Shown here piece after piece: positions 29,120-38,702 of a stretch of 64,000 bases of DNA. The DNA is from a virus. Its lineage: Duplodnaviria; Caudoviricetes. Position numbers and translations under genes: made by a program. The notes under the pieces were generated by a model. That model searched no databases. It was given only the letters and a program-made list of their open reading frames with translations, and was not told the origin of the DNA. The DNA lies in IMG/VR virus record IMGVR_UViG_3300039140_000101, positions 27,927 through 91,926 of that record. One strand, 5' to 3'. Within the stretch, counting starts at the first letter, position 1. Every line of letters begins with the position of its first letter.

Positions 29120-31495
29120 TTGGCAGATATAATTTACAATAATTCAGCAGATTTCATTTTTCACAATGATGAAGACATTGATACTGGTGATCTCTGGTGG
29201 ATGAGGAATGTCCCTGCATTAACTACAGATGCCATTGCCAATCTGACTGATGATTCTGTAACTGCCAATGGAACAATTACGGAACTGGGTGGAGAAAATT
29301 CCACTCGCAGAGGATTCTGTTACAAGATAGGTGATACAGGTGACCCGACAATTCTGGACACAATTATTTATGATGATGGTGATTTTAGTCTGGGTGCTTT
29401 TCTTGAAGCAATTGCCAGTTTGACTACAGGAAAGAAATACCAGATTCGTGCTTATGCTGTAAACTCCGCAGGGGTAGGATATGGAAGCACCGTTTATTTC
29501 ATCACTGATCTTGCCTTGTCTGATTCGGTTATCTTTGCCGATGTTCTTAATAATAAAAATATTGGTTTGAATAAATCTGACCTGCTTGCTCTTGGTGATA
29601 CTCTTGCCAACAATCCTTCAATCAATAAATCCGATTCTGTCATACTTGGTGATGATATTATAAAAAATATAATGTTAGATAAGTCTGATTCAGTTATACT
29701 TGCCGATACTATCAGTAATCTTATCACCCTTATTTTAAAAGAATTTGATGTATTTATTATAACTGATTCTATGACTAATAATCCAAATCTGAATAAATCA
29801 GATTCAATCATTCTGGCAGATGCCATTGATAACAAAAATATCGGATTGGTAAAGAATGATTTGATCATTGTTACTGATGCCATTGATAATAAAAATATTG
29901 GTTTGAATAAATCCGATTCCATTATACTTGGAGATGGTATTATCAAAAACATTGGATTGGTCAAGTCGGATTCAATCATTCTGGCAGATGTTATTGTTAA
30001 AAGCATTTTGAAGGACTTGCAGGAACAAATTAATATCACCGATTCGATGCTGAAGAATATTCAAGTTGTGTTACAAGAAAATGTTATATTAAATGATGTT
30101 ATTACAAAGAATTTCCTGTTGCCTTCTTTAGAAGACAGCTTTATTTTAACTGACAATATTGTAAAGAACGTATCTATACCGAAATCAGATTCCATCAATA
30201 TCACAGACTCATTATTAAAAAACATACAATTGAACAAATCAGATTCCCTCAACATCACCGACACGACATTAAAGAATATCCTGACCGATTTACAGGATGC
30301 TTTAATTATTGCCGATGACATTGTAAAAAATATTGCCATACCGGAATTTGACACGATTGAAATATCCGATTCTCTCCACTTCAATGCTCTGCTTCAGTTA
30401 GTGGATTCAATTGACGTTGCCGATGCAATTGTCAAAAACATCACCATACTGCTTCAGGATTCGATTGATATCACCGATGCTCTCATTACCAATACCATCA
30501 AGGATTTGCAGGAGCAGATAATCCTTACAGATGGTATTATTAAGAACATCACTATTGTAAAAGATGATCACGCTCATTTCCATGATGATATAAATCTGTT
30601 CATGGGATTTTTGGTCACCTTGCATGATACAGTGGTGTTCAGAGATTCTATCACAAAGAATGTTGCTCATCCGATAGATGATACCTTTAATGTTTATGAT
30701 GCTATTGTAAAGAATGCCAGTATTCCTGAACAGGATTTTATCAACCTGTCCGATGGCATTGATAATAAAAATGTTCAAGTCAATTTACAAGATGCTATCA
30801 ATATAACAGATTCCTTTATTAGAAATATTGTTTTTGCTCTACAGGATCAAGTCATTTTAAATGATGACCTTGTAAAAAATGGCACAATAAATAAAAATGA
30901 TTCCATTCTTTTAACTGATTCTTTTCAAAGGATTGTAAATTATATTAGAACAGTCCAAGACTTGTTTGTCTTGAGAGATGATTTTGCAGCAACCCTGATC
31001 ACCGGAGTAGCGGAATACTTCCGTGATATGGTGATATCGGGAAAAGTTAAGAGTGTTTTAAGTCAACTAAAAGTAAAACAGATTCTTTCCAAAGTAATGA
31101 CAAGGGAAGCATTATCAGAAAACATCAGGCAGGTAAACCTTGAGCCGAGAAGGAGGCAAGTAATGTGTACACCAGTTGATGAGCAAGGAACAAATGATTT
31201 ATTGGAATTTTCCACGAAACAAACATGGGAAGAATACTATGTTGCTTTTAATTTTGCAAGAGTGATTACACCACTCACTACGATTCAAAGCACGGTGATT
31301 TTGGTTTATGATGCGGAAGGGGTTGAGGTGAGTGAAACATTCACCGATGATACCAAGACCCAGATCACAGGTGCAAAAGTCTTTGTGTGGGTCAGGGGTG
31401 GCACGGCACAGATTTATAAAATCACCTGCAGAATCATTATGAGCAATGGGGAAAAGTTTGAACAGGATGCAACTCTGGAAGTGGTGGAGGTCTGA
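29120..31495 (+). CDS. Large repeat virion protein: Fn3-like domain, 19-aa tandem repeats, C-terminal adaptor-like domain
   Basis: YQIRAYAVNSAGVGYG; repeated KSDSIIL.D.I.KNI. Confidence 0.7.
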   Translation: MADIIYNNSADFIFHNDEDIDTGDLWWMRNVPALTTDAIANLTDDSVTANGTITELGGENSTRRGFCYKIGDTGDPTILDTIIYDDGDFSLGAFLEAIASLTTGKKYQIRAYAVNSAGVGYGSTVYFITDLALSDSVIFADVLNNKNIGLNKSDLLALGDTLANNPSINKSDSVILGDDIIKNIMLDKSDSVILADTISNLITLILKEFDVFIITDSMTNNPNLNKSDSIILADAIDNKNIGLVKNDLIIVTDAIDNKNIGLNKSDSIILGDGIIKNIGLVKSDSIILADVIVKSILKDLQEQINITDSMLKNIQVVLQENVILNDVITKNFLLPSLEDSFILTDNIVKNVSIPKSDSINITDSLLKNIQLNKSDSLNITDTTLKNILTDLQDALIIADDIVKNIAIPEFDTIEISDSLHFNALLQLVDSIDVADAIVKNITILLQDSIDITDALITNTIKDLQEQIILTDGIIKNITIVKDDHAHFHDDINLFMGFLVTLHDTVVFRDSITKNVAHPIDDTFNVYDAIVKNASIPEQDFINLSDGIDNKNVQVNLQDAINITDSFIRNIVFALQDQVILNDDLVKNGTINKNDSILLTDSFQRIVNYIRTVQDLFVLRDDFAATLITGVAEYFRDMVISGKVKSVLSQLKVKQILSKVMTREALSENIRQVNLEPRRRQVMCTPVDEQGTNDLLEFSTKQTWEEYYVAFNFARVITPLTTIQSTVILVYDAEGVEVSETFTDDTKTQITGAKVFVWVRGGTAQIYKITCRIIMSNGEKFEQDATLEVVEV

Positions 31496-31562
31496 TATTA
31501 TATCTTTTTTGAGATCTCTAAGCAGAAATCGTCGTAGGCTATAAATACTTGCCTAGTTTTAT

Positions 31563-31640
31563 CCATCCTTGCACTCCACCAAGGATGGTTTGGGGCTGGC
31601 ATGGGGGTTTCGCCTCTCTTCCCCCATGCCAGTTCTGTTT
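31563..31640. terminator. Paired hairpins at convergent gene junction (bidirectional terminator)
   Basis: CCATCCTT/AAGGATGG and CTGGCATGGGGG/CCCCCATGCCAG stems between the + and - arms. Confidence 0.7.
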
Positions 31641-31989
31641 AATGTAACATCAGTCCAGATTTTATTTGTTCTCTTTGTTTATTTGCAACATCCACCAATG
31701 CTCTGATTTCGTCCAGCATTTTTCCTGTAGTGATTCCCTTGACAGTAGCAAATAAAATACTTACGGTCTTGTCCCTCAAATCATAATCCATTTCTTTGTC
31801 CATAATTTTGATTATGATGTCAGTCAATTCATCAGCAATCCCATGCATATACAGATAAGGTTCAAACCATTCTGCTTCTGGATTTTCTTCCCTTATCTGC
31901 TTGACGGCAATCGTTCTTCCTTCTCTCATGTCAAACAATGTTTGCTTGACATGATTCTCTATTGCCTCTCTTCTCTTTTTCTGTTCCAT
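31639..31989 (-). CDS. Hypothetical protein
   Basis: ORF with AGGAG SD. Confidence 0.55.
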   Translation of the reverse strand: MEQKKRREAIENHVKQTLFDMREGRTIAVKQIREENPEAEWFEPYLYMHGIADELTDIIIKIMDKEMDYDLRDKTVSILFATVKGITTGKMLDEIRALVDVANKQREQIKSGLMLH

Positions 31990-32000
31990 CTTTCTTCTCC

Positions 32001-32591
32001 TTACATCAATACTGTTCCTTGTGCCACATGGACGGTGGACGGTTCTTCAAGCATGAAATCTATTGCCATGATTTCTTCTCCGGTCAGATTCTGCAATACC
32101 TGATCAAATACCCTATCAGCTACAATTTCCATATATTCATATTCAATTTCTGGCATTGATGCCATTGCTTCCTTTATGGCATTCTGGTACTCCTCTTTTT
32201 TCTCGACAGGAATCCCCGATTTGAAATTAGCATAGGTTTCGTATTTCTCCAAAATCACTTTGACAGCTTCTAAGTCTAACATTCTTACACCACTTATCTC
32301 AACCGACACCCCTTCTTGTGTTTTTAAAGGACTCAAAACAGACATTAGCTCCTTTTTAAACTCTGGATATTTAGATAAAGGTATAAAAGGATTCTGCGGA
32401 GTATCAACTGAATACTGCCTGATGATTTCCTGTGCCTTTTCAAACCATGCCTTGATGTGAGGCTTTAACCAATCCCAATTTCTGTCCAACCAATACACCC
32501 TCTTCCGATCAATGCCATTGTAAGACCGCAATTTTGAAAGCACATTGTAAACCAATACCACTTTTTCCATGTCCAGTTTAATCTTTTTCAT
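32001..32591 (-). CDS. Hypothetical protein
   Basis: ATGA-coupled ORF with SD. Confidence 0.55.
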   Translation of the reverse strand: MKKIKLDMEKVVLVYNVLSKLRSYNGIDRKRVYWLDRNWDWLKPHIKAWFEKAQEIIRQYSVDTPQNPFIPLSKYPEFKKELMSVLSPLKTQEGVSVEISGVRMLDLEAVKVILEKYETYANFKSGIPVEKKEEYQNAIKEAMASMPEIEYEYMEIVADRVFDQVLQNLTGEEIMAIDFMLEEPSTVHVAQGTVLM

Positions 32592-32997
32592 TTCTCCTCC
32601 ATATCAATATTCTTTTTATCTTCTACGGCATCACCTGCCGCCCTCAAACATTCGGCTAACCCATTTGATGCTTTATGGTCAAAGGTACAAATCAATTTAT
32701 CATTAACCTTGACTTCATATTGTTGCCAACCTGTGAGGCTACATTCTTTAGAAATATTATGAATGATGATCATTTCATTTCTCCCTTCTTTTTGAGTGGC
32801 ATATAACCAAAAGTATCGTCCTTGTGTTCCCCCTTTATTTAATGATCCCAATTTGACCTGTCTGTGCAGATAAACTGTTACTGGTTTGCCACAACGTCTG
32901 CAAAGAATATCATAGAAGTTGCTTCCATAGTTTTCACAATTTCTATAAGCAACTTCTGGCACACAATTTCTATCATTGATATTGCACCACGGACATT

Positions 32998-33348
32998 TCA
33001 TAACTTTTCCTTTTTATATTCCTCTTCAAAATACTGTTTCAGAATTTTAGCGATTGCATCCGCACAGGACAATACTTTTTCCTCATCCACCACAATTGCC
33101 GAATGACAGCTTACCCCTGACAGCAACTTAATGATGCTGGTGATCTGACCACCATTCTGTAGCGAGTAGGAGATCAGCCTACTGATGCAATCCAGTTGTG
33201 CTGTGGCACATCCTCCGGCTTTCCCCATAGTGGCTAAAAATTCATAAGGGTTTTCATCACAATCATTAATAGTGATGTATAATTTTCCACAACCAGTTTT
33301 TATCCGGTAAGTTTTTCCTGCTAACTTTTGCGGTCTTTTCTTTTTCAT
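32998..33348 (-). CDS. TSCPD-domain protein (class II ribonucleotide reductase C-terminal-like)
   Basis: RPQKLAGKT..IKTGCGKLYITIN, GKAGGC, SCADAIA. Confidence 0.85.
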   Translation of the reverse strand: MKKKRPQKLAGKTYRIKTGCGKLYITINDCDENPYEFLATMGKAGGCATAQLDCISRLISYSLQNGGQITSIIKLLSGVSCHSAIVVDEEKVLSCADAIAKILKQYFEEEYKKEKL

Positions 33349-33569
33349 AATAACCGTCCTCTTTTATCTTTTTCTGGATCATATTCCTCATGAAAGAATT
33401 GTGATGCATTTCTAAAAATGGTTTTCATTACATCAATGGCATCACTTTCCCATAACATTTCAGTATAACTCAATTTTCTCCCCTCATCATCCTCAATCGT
33501 AAACACCATTCTGCGATCATCGGGATGTATTCTCAACATTTCAATCGTCACTTTATTAATTTTCATCAT
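33345..33569 (-). CDS. Hypothetical protein (start codon is the IscB insertion target)
   Basis: ATGATG start abutting element end. Confidence 0.55.
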   Translation of the reverse strand: MMKINKVTIEMLRIHPDDRRMVFTIEDDEGRKLSYTEMLWESDAIDVMKTIFRNASQFFHEEYDPEKDKRGRLL

Positions 33570-33620
33570 TTTTCGGCAAGGAGACCCCGTCCGAAAGGTC
33601 GGGGAGGAATTGCCGCCCTT

Positions 33621-34838
33621 TTAGGCCGCAATCTGCTTCGTTCCTGCCATCCTCCTTTCGATTAAGAATGTATTGCCTCTTTCGAGACGTTTAATGTGTT
33701 TTGCGTTGGCGGAAGCATGAATCTTTGTGCCGTCCAGAAGCCGAAGGTCAAAATACCCGGTACTTCTCCGGCCAAACACGAAGCACTCCTGCCCCTGAAA
33801 TCTGACCTTGTCGTACCGCTGGAATCCTTTAATGAGCCGTGGAGCCGTGTTCCGGATGTGGCTGTGGTCGCCTTTGAAGAGTTTGCGGTTGCATTTCCGC
33901 ACCTGCTTAACCCTGAACGGGCTGACTCTTTCCTGCACGGTTCCGCCGGCAATCACATAGGCATCATTTACATGGGATTTGGCCAAACCGAGGGCTATCC
34001 GGTTCGTTTTCGTGATGTATCCGTAGGTATGATCTGCTCCGGTTTCGTTAACCAATCGCCAGCGCACCATCGACATGAAGGTTTCTGCCTTGAATCCTTT
34101 GCTCTGTGCAAGGGTAAGGCGAACCATCCCCTTATGGTGCCTGTCGTGACAGGACTCGCAAAGCGTAATCAGATTATCCGGGCGATTGCCGCCGGTTTTG
34201 CGGCTTTCGATATGGTGAACATTCAGGACTTTATCCTTGCCGTTGCACTTTGGAGCCTGACACTTGTGTCCGTCCCGGTAAAGGACATATTCCCGAACAT
34301 TCCAGAACCCGGCTTGATCTCCATTCTGGTATCCTGTGCCTTCTGTATCCGGGTTTTTGATTTTCTGAATGTCAAATGCAGCGACTTCGATAATCACCAG
34401 GTCAATAGGAAGGATTGCCTTTACCCCCTTGATCAGCTTCTTGTGGCTGTCCAGTTTGTGCTGAATGGAAGGGGCAAGACAGCCTTCAGGCTTCCTTCGG
34501 TTATCAAACCGGGGCTGCCGATACCATGTTTTACGGTTGCGTCTGTTCCGCCGATACATCCGCCGTTCACTGTTCAGATCGACCAAATCCCTTCGAAGTT
34601 CCACATCTGCCGCGTAAATCTCTTTCGTGCCCGTGACAACGGAAATCCCCACATGGGTAAACCCGCTATCCACGCCCATTGTAACCGGCTGGACGTACCC
34701 GCTGCTTCCGTGGAGAAGCCGGATAACAAAAGGGGTCCGTTTAGCCACGGTTGCCTTGCCCGCCGATAAGAGCATCCTTGCCTTCCGCGAAGAACACGGC
34801 ATCAGCGGGCGGCCATTCTTGTTCAAAACATAAACCAT
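33621..34838 (-). CDS. iscB: RNA-guided endonuclease IscB
   Basis: PLMP motif, RuvC-I GVDSG, Arg-rich bridge helix, RuvC-II IIE, HNH (VHHI..NLITLCESCH), RuvC-III SHVNDA. Confidence 0.95.
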   Translation of the reverse strand: MVYVLNKNGRPLMPCSSRKARMLLSAGKATVAKRTPFVIRLLHGSSGYVQPVTMGVDSGFTHVGISVVTGTKEIYAADVELRRDLVDLNSERRMYRRNRRNRKTWYRQPRFDNRRKPEGCLAPSIQHKLDSHKKLIKGVKAILPIDLVIIEVAAFDIQKIKNPDTEGTGYQNGDQAGFWNVREYVLYRDGHKCQAPKCNGKDKVLNVHHIESRKTGGNRPDNLITLCESCHDRHHKGMVRLTLAQSKGFKAETFMSMVRWRLVNETGADHTYGYITKTNRIALGLAKSHVNDAYVIAGGTVQERVSPFRVKQVRKCNRKLFKGDHSHIRNTAPRLIKGFQRYDKVRFQGQECFVFGRRSTGYFDLRLLDGTKIHASANAKHIKRLERGNTFLIERRMAGTKQIAA

Positions 34839-34849
34839 GTCCTTCCTCC

Positions 34850-35102
34850 TTTCTGTAATTTGCCGGGTAAAATAGAACCGGCCAGTCCGCAAAGGACTGT
34901 AAGCGCCGCATCGGGGTTGTTGGAGTGGCTTGTCGTGCCGGCAACACCGTCCCTACCTCCCAGGACTTTTAATCACCGGCGACAGAGCCTGAAGCGTGCG
35001 GAATACCCCAGGGTGTCGTGACCATACCAACTGCTGCTTTTTCAAGCCCCCTTGTCAACTCGGGCTTCTACAAGCCCCTTCCGTTAGGGAGGGGTAGTTG
35101 AC
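34850..35102 (-). ncRNA. omegaRNA/HEARO scaffold (guide from flank ~35103-35122)
   Basis: Structured ~250-nt non-coding leader of iscB starting GTCAACTACCCC...GGGGCTTG. Confidence 0.85.
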
Positions 35103-35281
35103 TTTCTCTCCTTCCCCACATAATATGCCACGACAATTTGTCCTTTATAAACCACTCTGGTATCTATTTTCCTGCTTTGATGAATACGATAAGCCTTAAA
35201 CACCGCATCACTTTCTTTCATATGCCGTGATTTTATTTTCCAATGATTGTCCTCAAAGATTTCCACCCGATGTTTAATCAT
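35084..35281 (-). CDS. Hypothetical protein, C-terminus altered by IscB element
   Basis: ...YVGKERK then element-derived STTPP*; start uncertain. Confidence 0.5.
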   Translation of the reverse strand: MIKHRVEIFEDNHWKIKSRHMKESDAVFKAYRIHQSRKIDTRVVYKGQIVVAYYVGKERKSTTPP

Positions 35282-35708
35282 CACTACTCCAGTTTCATTC
35301 TTGTAATCTTTAACCATTTTTTTGATTTGTTGTTTTCAGCATAATACATATCTTTAATGCTGATACTCGTATTTTCTCTGAAGGTTTTTGGAACTGCATT
35401 CAAGGCTTTTTCCATACTGGAAAATATTCTTACAATCTCTGGTGAATCGTAATACCTTCCACTTTTATACAAATACACAAATCTTACTTTCATCATTCCA
35501 CCTCCACCGGAATATCTCTCCATTCACCTATGGCATCTCCATTATTATTTATACCTGACCACCATTGCTGAAGGACAGAAACCTGCATTGTGACAGGTGG
35601 AGCACATATGCCTGCAAAAGGGTCGCCATAAGGAATTGATGCATACCCATAAGTAGGGACTTGAACTGTTCTCGTTATCCATCGCAATCTATTTGTCGGA
35701 ATCATTTT

Positions 35709-36062
35709 TCATTCTCCTTTAAACCAGCCCTGATATTCTTTCAACCATTCATCAGGGATTGGTTTCTTTTCAGTCATATATCGAATTATAGCCTGACAAA
35801 CCTCATCATGTCTTTCCTCGTCCGCTATTGATTTTGGCTTTAAACCAAGTGGAGGTTTCTTGTATAAGGATTGTTTTGGTTTCTCTCTTTCTCCATCAAA
35901 AAGATCGGCAGGAACTTTAACCCAATATTTTGTGAATACAGTCACCATTCCATCTTCAATCGGAGAAGTGATATATTCCCTGCCCTTCACCAGTTCTAAT
36001 TTGTCACCATTTACTGCTTCCAACACAAAATCTTCTATGCAATCTCTATAAAATATTTTCAT
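35709..36062 (-). CDS. Hypothetical protein
   Basis: KPPLGLKP..IPDEW motif; coupled ORF. Confidence 0.5.
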   Translation of the reverse strand: MKIFYRDCIEDFVLEAVNGDKLELVKGREYITSPIEDGMVTVFTKYWVKVPADLFDGEREKPKQSLYKKPPLGLKPKSIADEERHDEVCQAIIRYMTEKKPIPDEWLKEYQGWFKGE

Positions 36063-36978
36063 CTTCTACTCTCCCTGAAACCATCTCTTTGGCATTTTTT
36101 GTATTCTTCATAATTTTCTTTTTCTTGTCTTGCACAATCACATAGACCACAAAAGAAACAACGAGTATCGGGGAACACCAGACAATCAAAGTATGCTTTC
36201 ATATCTTCTTTGACTCGTCTTTCCAATTCATGTTCTAAAATTCTATAGTATCCTAGCATTACAATTTTTCCATCCGTTTCAGTATATTTTCCAACCTCTG
36301 ATCAATTCTATTCAAGTTGTCAATTATCGGTATCGTTGACAGAAGAATCAGCACACTAAACAGGATCAGTATAAATAAAAGAAATTCCATTTTCACCTCT
36401 CCTCAAAAAAGGATAGGATTGTAGCCATACATACCATTACCATACTACCTGCTATGAATTGAATCACATCATGGTTATCGACCTACAATCCTATCCCCTT
36501 ATAAACCATTTTTAAATATAAAATAAACAACGAGAACAACACCAGCTATTGCCAAACCACTCTTTATCAAATCTGCCAGATTAGAACCGATCTCAATCAT
36601 TTGCCACCTCTTAAATAAACCATTCTCCACCCTTTTGGAAGTGGAATGTATTTTGTGATTTTCATTCTCTCTGAAAACAGCAAAGGTGTTTTCTTGAAAG
36701 CCACTCCACAGTTAAACCATTTCAACCTGATCCAAATTACATCGTGCGATATGTAACCATATATGAATCGAATATTAAAATTTCCCATCATCAACCTTCT
36801 ATTTAAAACAATATAAAATAGCCGTCCCTAACAATCCAAATAAAAGCACCCCCGACAATACTTGATACAGGAAAATAGTATTGTGTTGCCGTTTAACCAC
36901 ACCCAATAAAAAGATATGTTGCTCTTTAAGTGCATCTATTTTTTCAATAAGCGGATTAATATCTGCCATAACTTTCCC

Positions 36979-37188
36979 TTAAAACAAAGACAGTTGATTA
37001 TAATTACTTGACCGGACTTCCCCTCTCCGTTCCTGTAGATCACCTAATTGTTTCACCACATTATTCCTGATGCAGTTCATGCTGACACCACTTTTATTAC
37101 AGCAGACAGGACAACCGGAATGTTTGCTTGAATAGATGACATCACACTCAGCACAGTATAAAGCTTGACTGTAGGAAATAGATACCAT
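36979..37188 (-). CDS. Small zinc-finger protein with C-terminal clamp-binding-like motif
   Basis: CAEC..CPVC; ends QLSLF; AAGGAG SD. Confidence 0.55.
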   Translation of the reverse strand: MVSISYSQALYCAECDVIYSSKHSGCPVCCNKSGVSMNCIRNNVVKQLGDLQERRGEVRSSNYNQLSLF

Positions 37189-37382
37189 GATTATTTCTCC
37201 TTAAAAGAATTATTCAATCGTTCAAATTCCTTTTTCTTGTTTCGCAGATTGACCCCCATTTCTCCGGTGTAAGGCTTTCCTACTTGCCATGAAAAACGAA
37301 TTGCATTTGCGAATGAGGATTTGCATCCCTCAAGCCAGAATAAAAACCGATCATGTTTATCTGTCAGCATTAGTCCTCCCTT

Positions 37383-37709
37383 TCAACTAATATACGGTTC
37401 AATTCCTACTATCTTACATAAATCTGACCATATATCATTTATTATCATGTTTAAGGCACAATCCCTGCCTTCCACATTAAGATGGTCTGTCTTAAATCGT
37501 TCACGAAGAGCATTCACTCTTTTACGAATTGCTTCATATAGCTTTTTCTTCTCTGCTAGATCAGCAATCCGTTCAGGGTCAATTTCAAAGATGAGATTGC
37601 CGTTCATGTCCCAGTATTGCGTGACAATTCTGATAGGGTCTGCCGATATCCCAGTTCCTCTCCTTAATAATCTCGTTTCAATCACTGACATCACTTTTAC
37701 AGTTTCCAT
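37383..37709 (-). CDS. Hypothetical protein
   Basis: RRGTG...DPIR.VTQYW..GNL..E.DP; GGAGG SD. Confidence 0.55.
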   Translation of the reverse strand: METVKVMSVIETRLLRRGTGISADPIRIVTQYWDMNGNLIFEIDPERIADLAEKKKLYEAIRKRVNALRERFKTDHLNVEGRDCALNMIINDIWSDLCKIVGIEPYIS

Positions 37710-38351
37710 TCAATCCTCCCCATTTAAAATACGGAATTGTTGTTCAAGTTCTTTTACCTGTGCTTCTAAAGCAACCAATTTTTCTTCACAGGTGAAACAG
37801 GTTGCTCTGGTAATGTTTGATATTAAATCTATGGCAATGTCCCGAATTTCATTTCCACAGATTCCACAAAAGATTCTGCCAGCAGGTCTTTCTTTTTGTG
37901 GTGGAGTCCACCCAAGATTTATTAATGCTTCTCTGACTCCAGCCTCTTGCAAAAACATAACTTTCAGCTTTATGAGGTTGCCTGAAAACCATGTTTCCTG
38001 TGTAATGCTGATATCGGTATACATTGTTTTGACTTCAAGCATATTTTCATTTTTATCTGTCATATTATTTTCTCGCAGATGTTTTATAAGCATTGATAAG
38101 TAGTTTTCTATCATAAACAGGAGTCTTAAATATCATCAACGGTTTCTCAAATCTTCCACTTGGAGGCAATGTCATCCACGGATGGACTATCTTCTTTTTT
38201 ATTTCCTGAAGCAGTTCCTCAACATTATAATTACGATAAGCAGTATCAGACACTTCATAATATGTGCTTTCTGTGGAATTGGCAGCAGCAGTTCCATCGT
38301 TAGTGCTATAAGTGACCATAGCATATGAAGATCGATGATAAATGCAAGCCA

Positions 38352-38702
38352 TCACACCATCACCTCCGGTGGCAAAGGAATTTTTTCGGTATGGGGTCGC
38401 CAAAGATGCAAGCAGAATTCCATGATGTTGATATGGTGACTTCGTGCCGGATGCAACTGCATGACCACTTCATCCTCTTTGAAGAATAGACTGCGGACAT
38501 AATCCATCTCTATCCATGTCGGTATTCGCTTTTTCATGGAAACAGATACATGATCCCAACCTTCGCTAATTGAAGCAATAATAAAAAGGTCTTGATTCTT
38601 CTGCAAGGGTGACTGTACTTTGAAACAACCACCACGAGAATCACCCCATCCCCTTGTCGGATGCTTGATTTTGTATTTCATCAGTTCGCTTAAATTTTTC
38701 AT
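38352..38702 (-). CDS. Conserved phage hypothetical protein
   Basis: GWDHVSVS..R.PTW.EM..V..LFF...QLHP...H.N...CLHLW. Confidence 0.7.
   Translation of the reverse strand: MKNLSELMKYKIKHPTRGWGDSRGGCFKVQSPLQKNQDLFIIASISEGWDHVSVSMKKRIPTWIEMDYVRSLFFKEDEVVMQLHPARSHHINIMEFCLHLWRPHTEKIPLPPEVMV

Larger units (their letters stand above)
33570..35102 (-). mobile_element. Non-autonomous IS200/IS605-superfamily IscB (ISC/OMEGA) element
   Basis: Starts GTCAACTACCCC, ends with AATTCCTCCCC..GGGGTCTCCTTGCCG hairpin before ATGA; visibly more GC-rich than flanks; no tnpA. Confidence 0.9.

Noticed and set aside
29500-31000. CRISPR-like array
   Set aside because: Repeats are degenerate in-frame coding repeats (about 57 nt) without constant repeat/unique spacer structure.
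33696-34769. 357-aa plus-strand ORF
   Set aside because: Antisense shadow of GC-richer iscB; no recognisable motifs.
33621-34838. Cas9 or TnpB
   Set aside because: 405 aa with PLMP, split RuvC and HNH and no CRISPR array identifies IscB.
37321-38103. 260-aa plus-strand ORF
   Set aside because: Antisense to SD-bearing minus-strand genes in a uniformly minus-strand arm.
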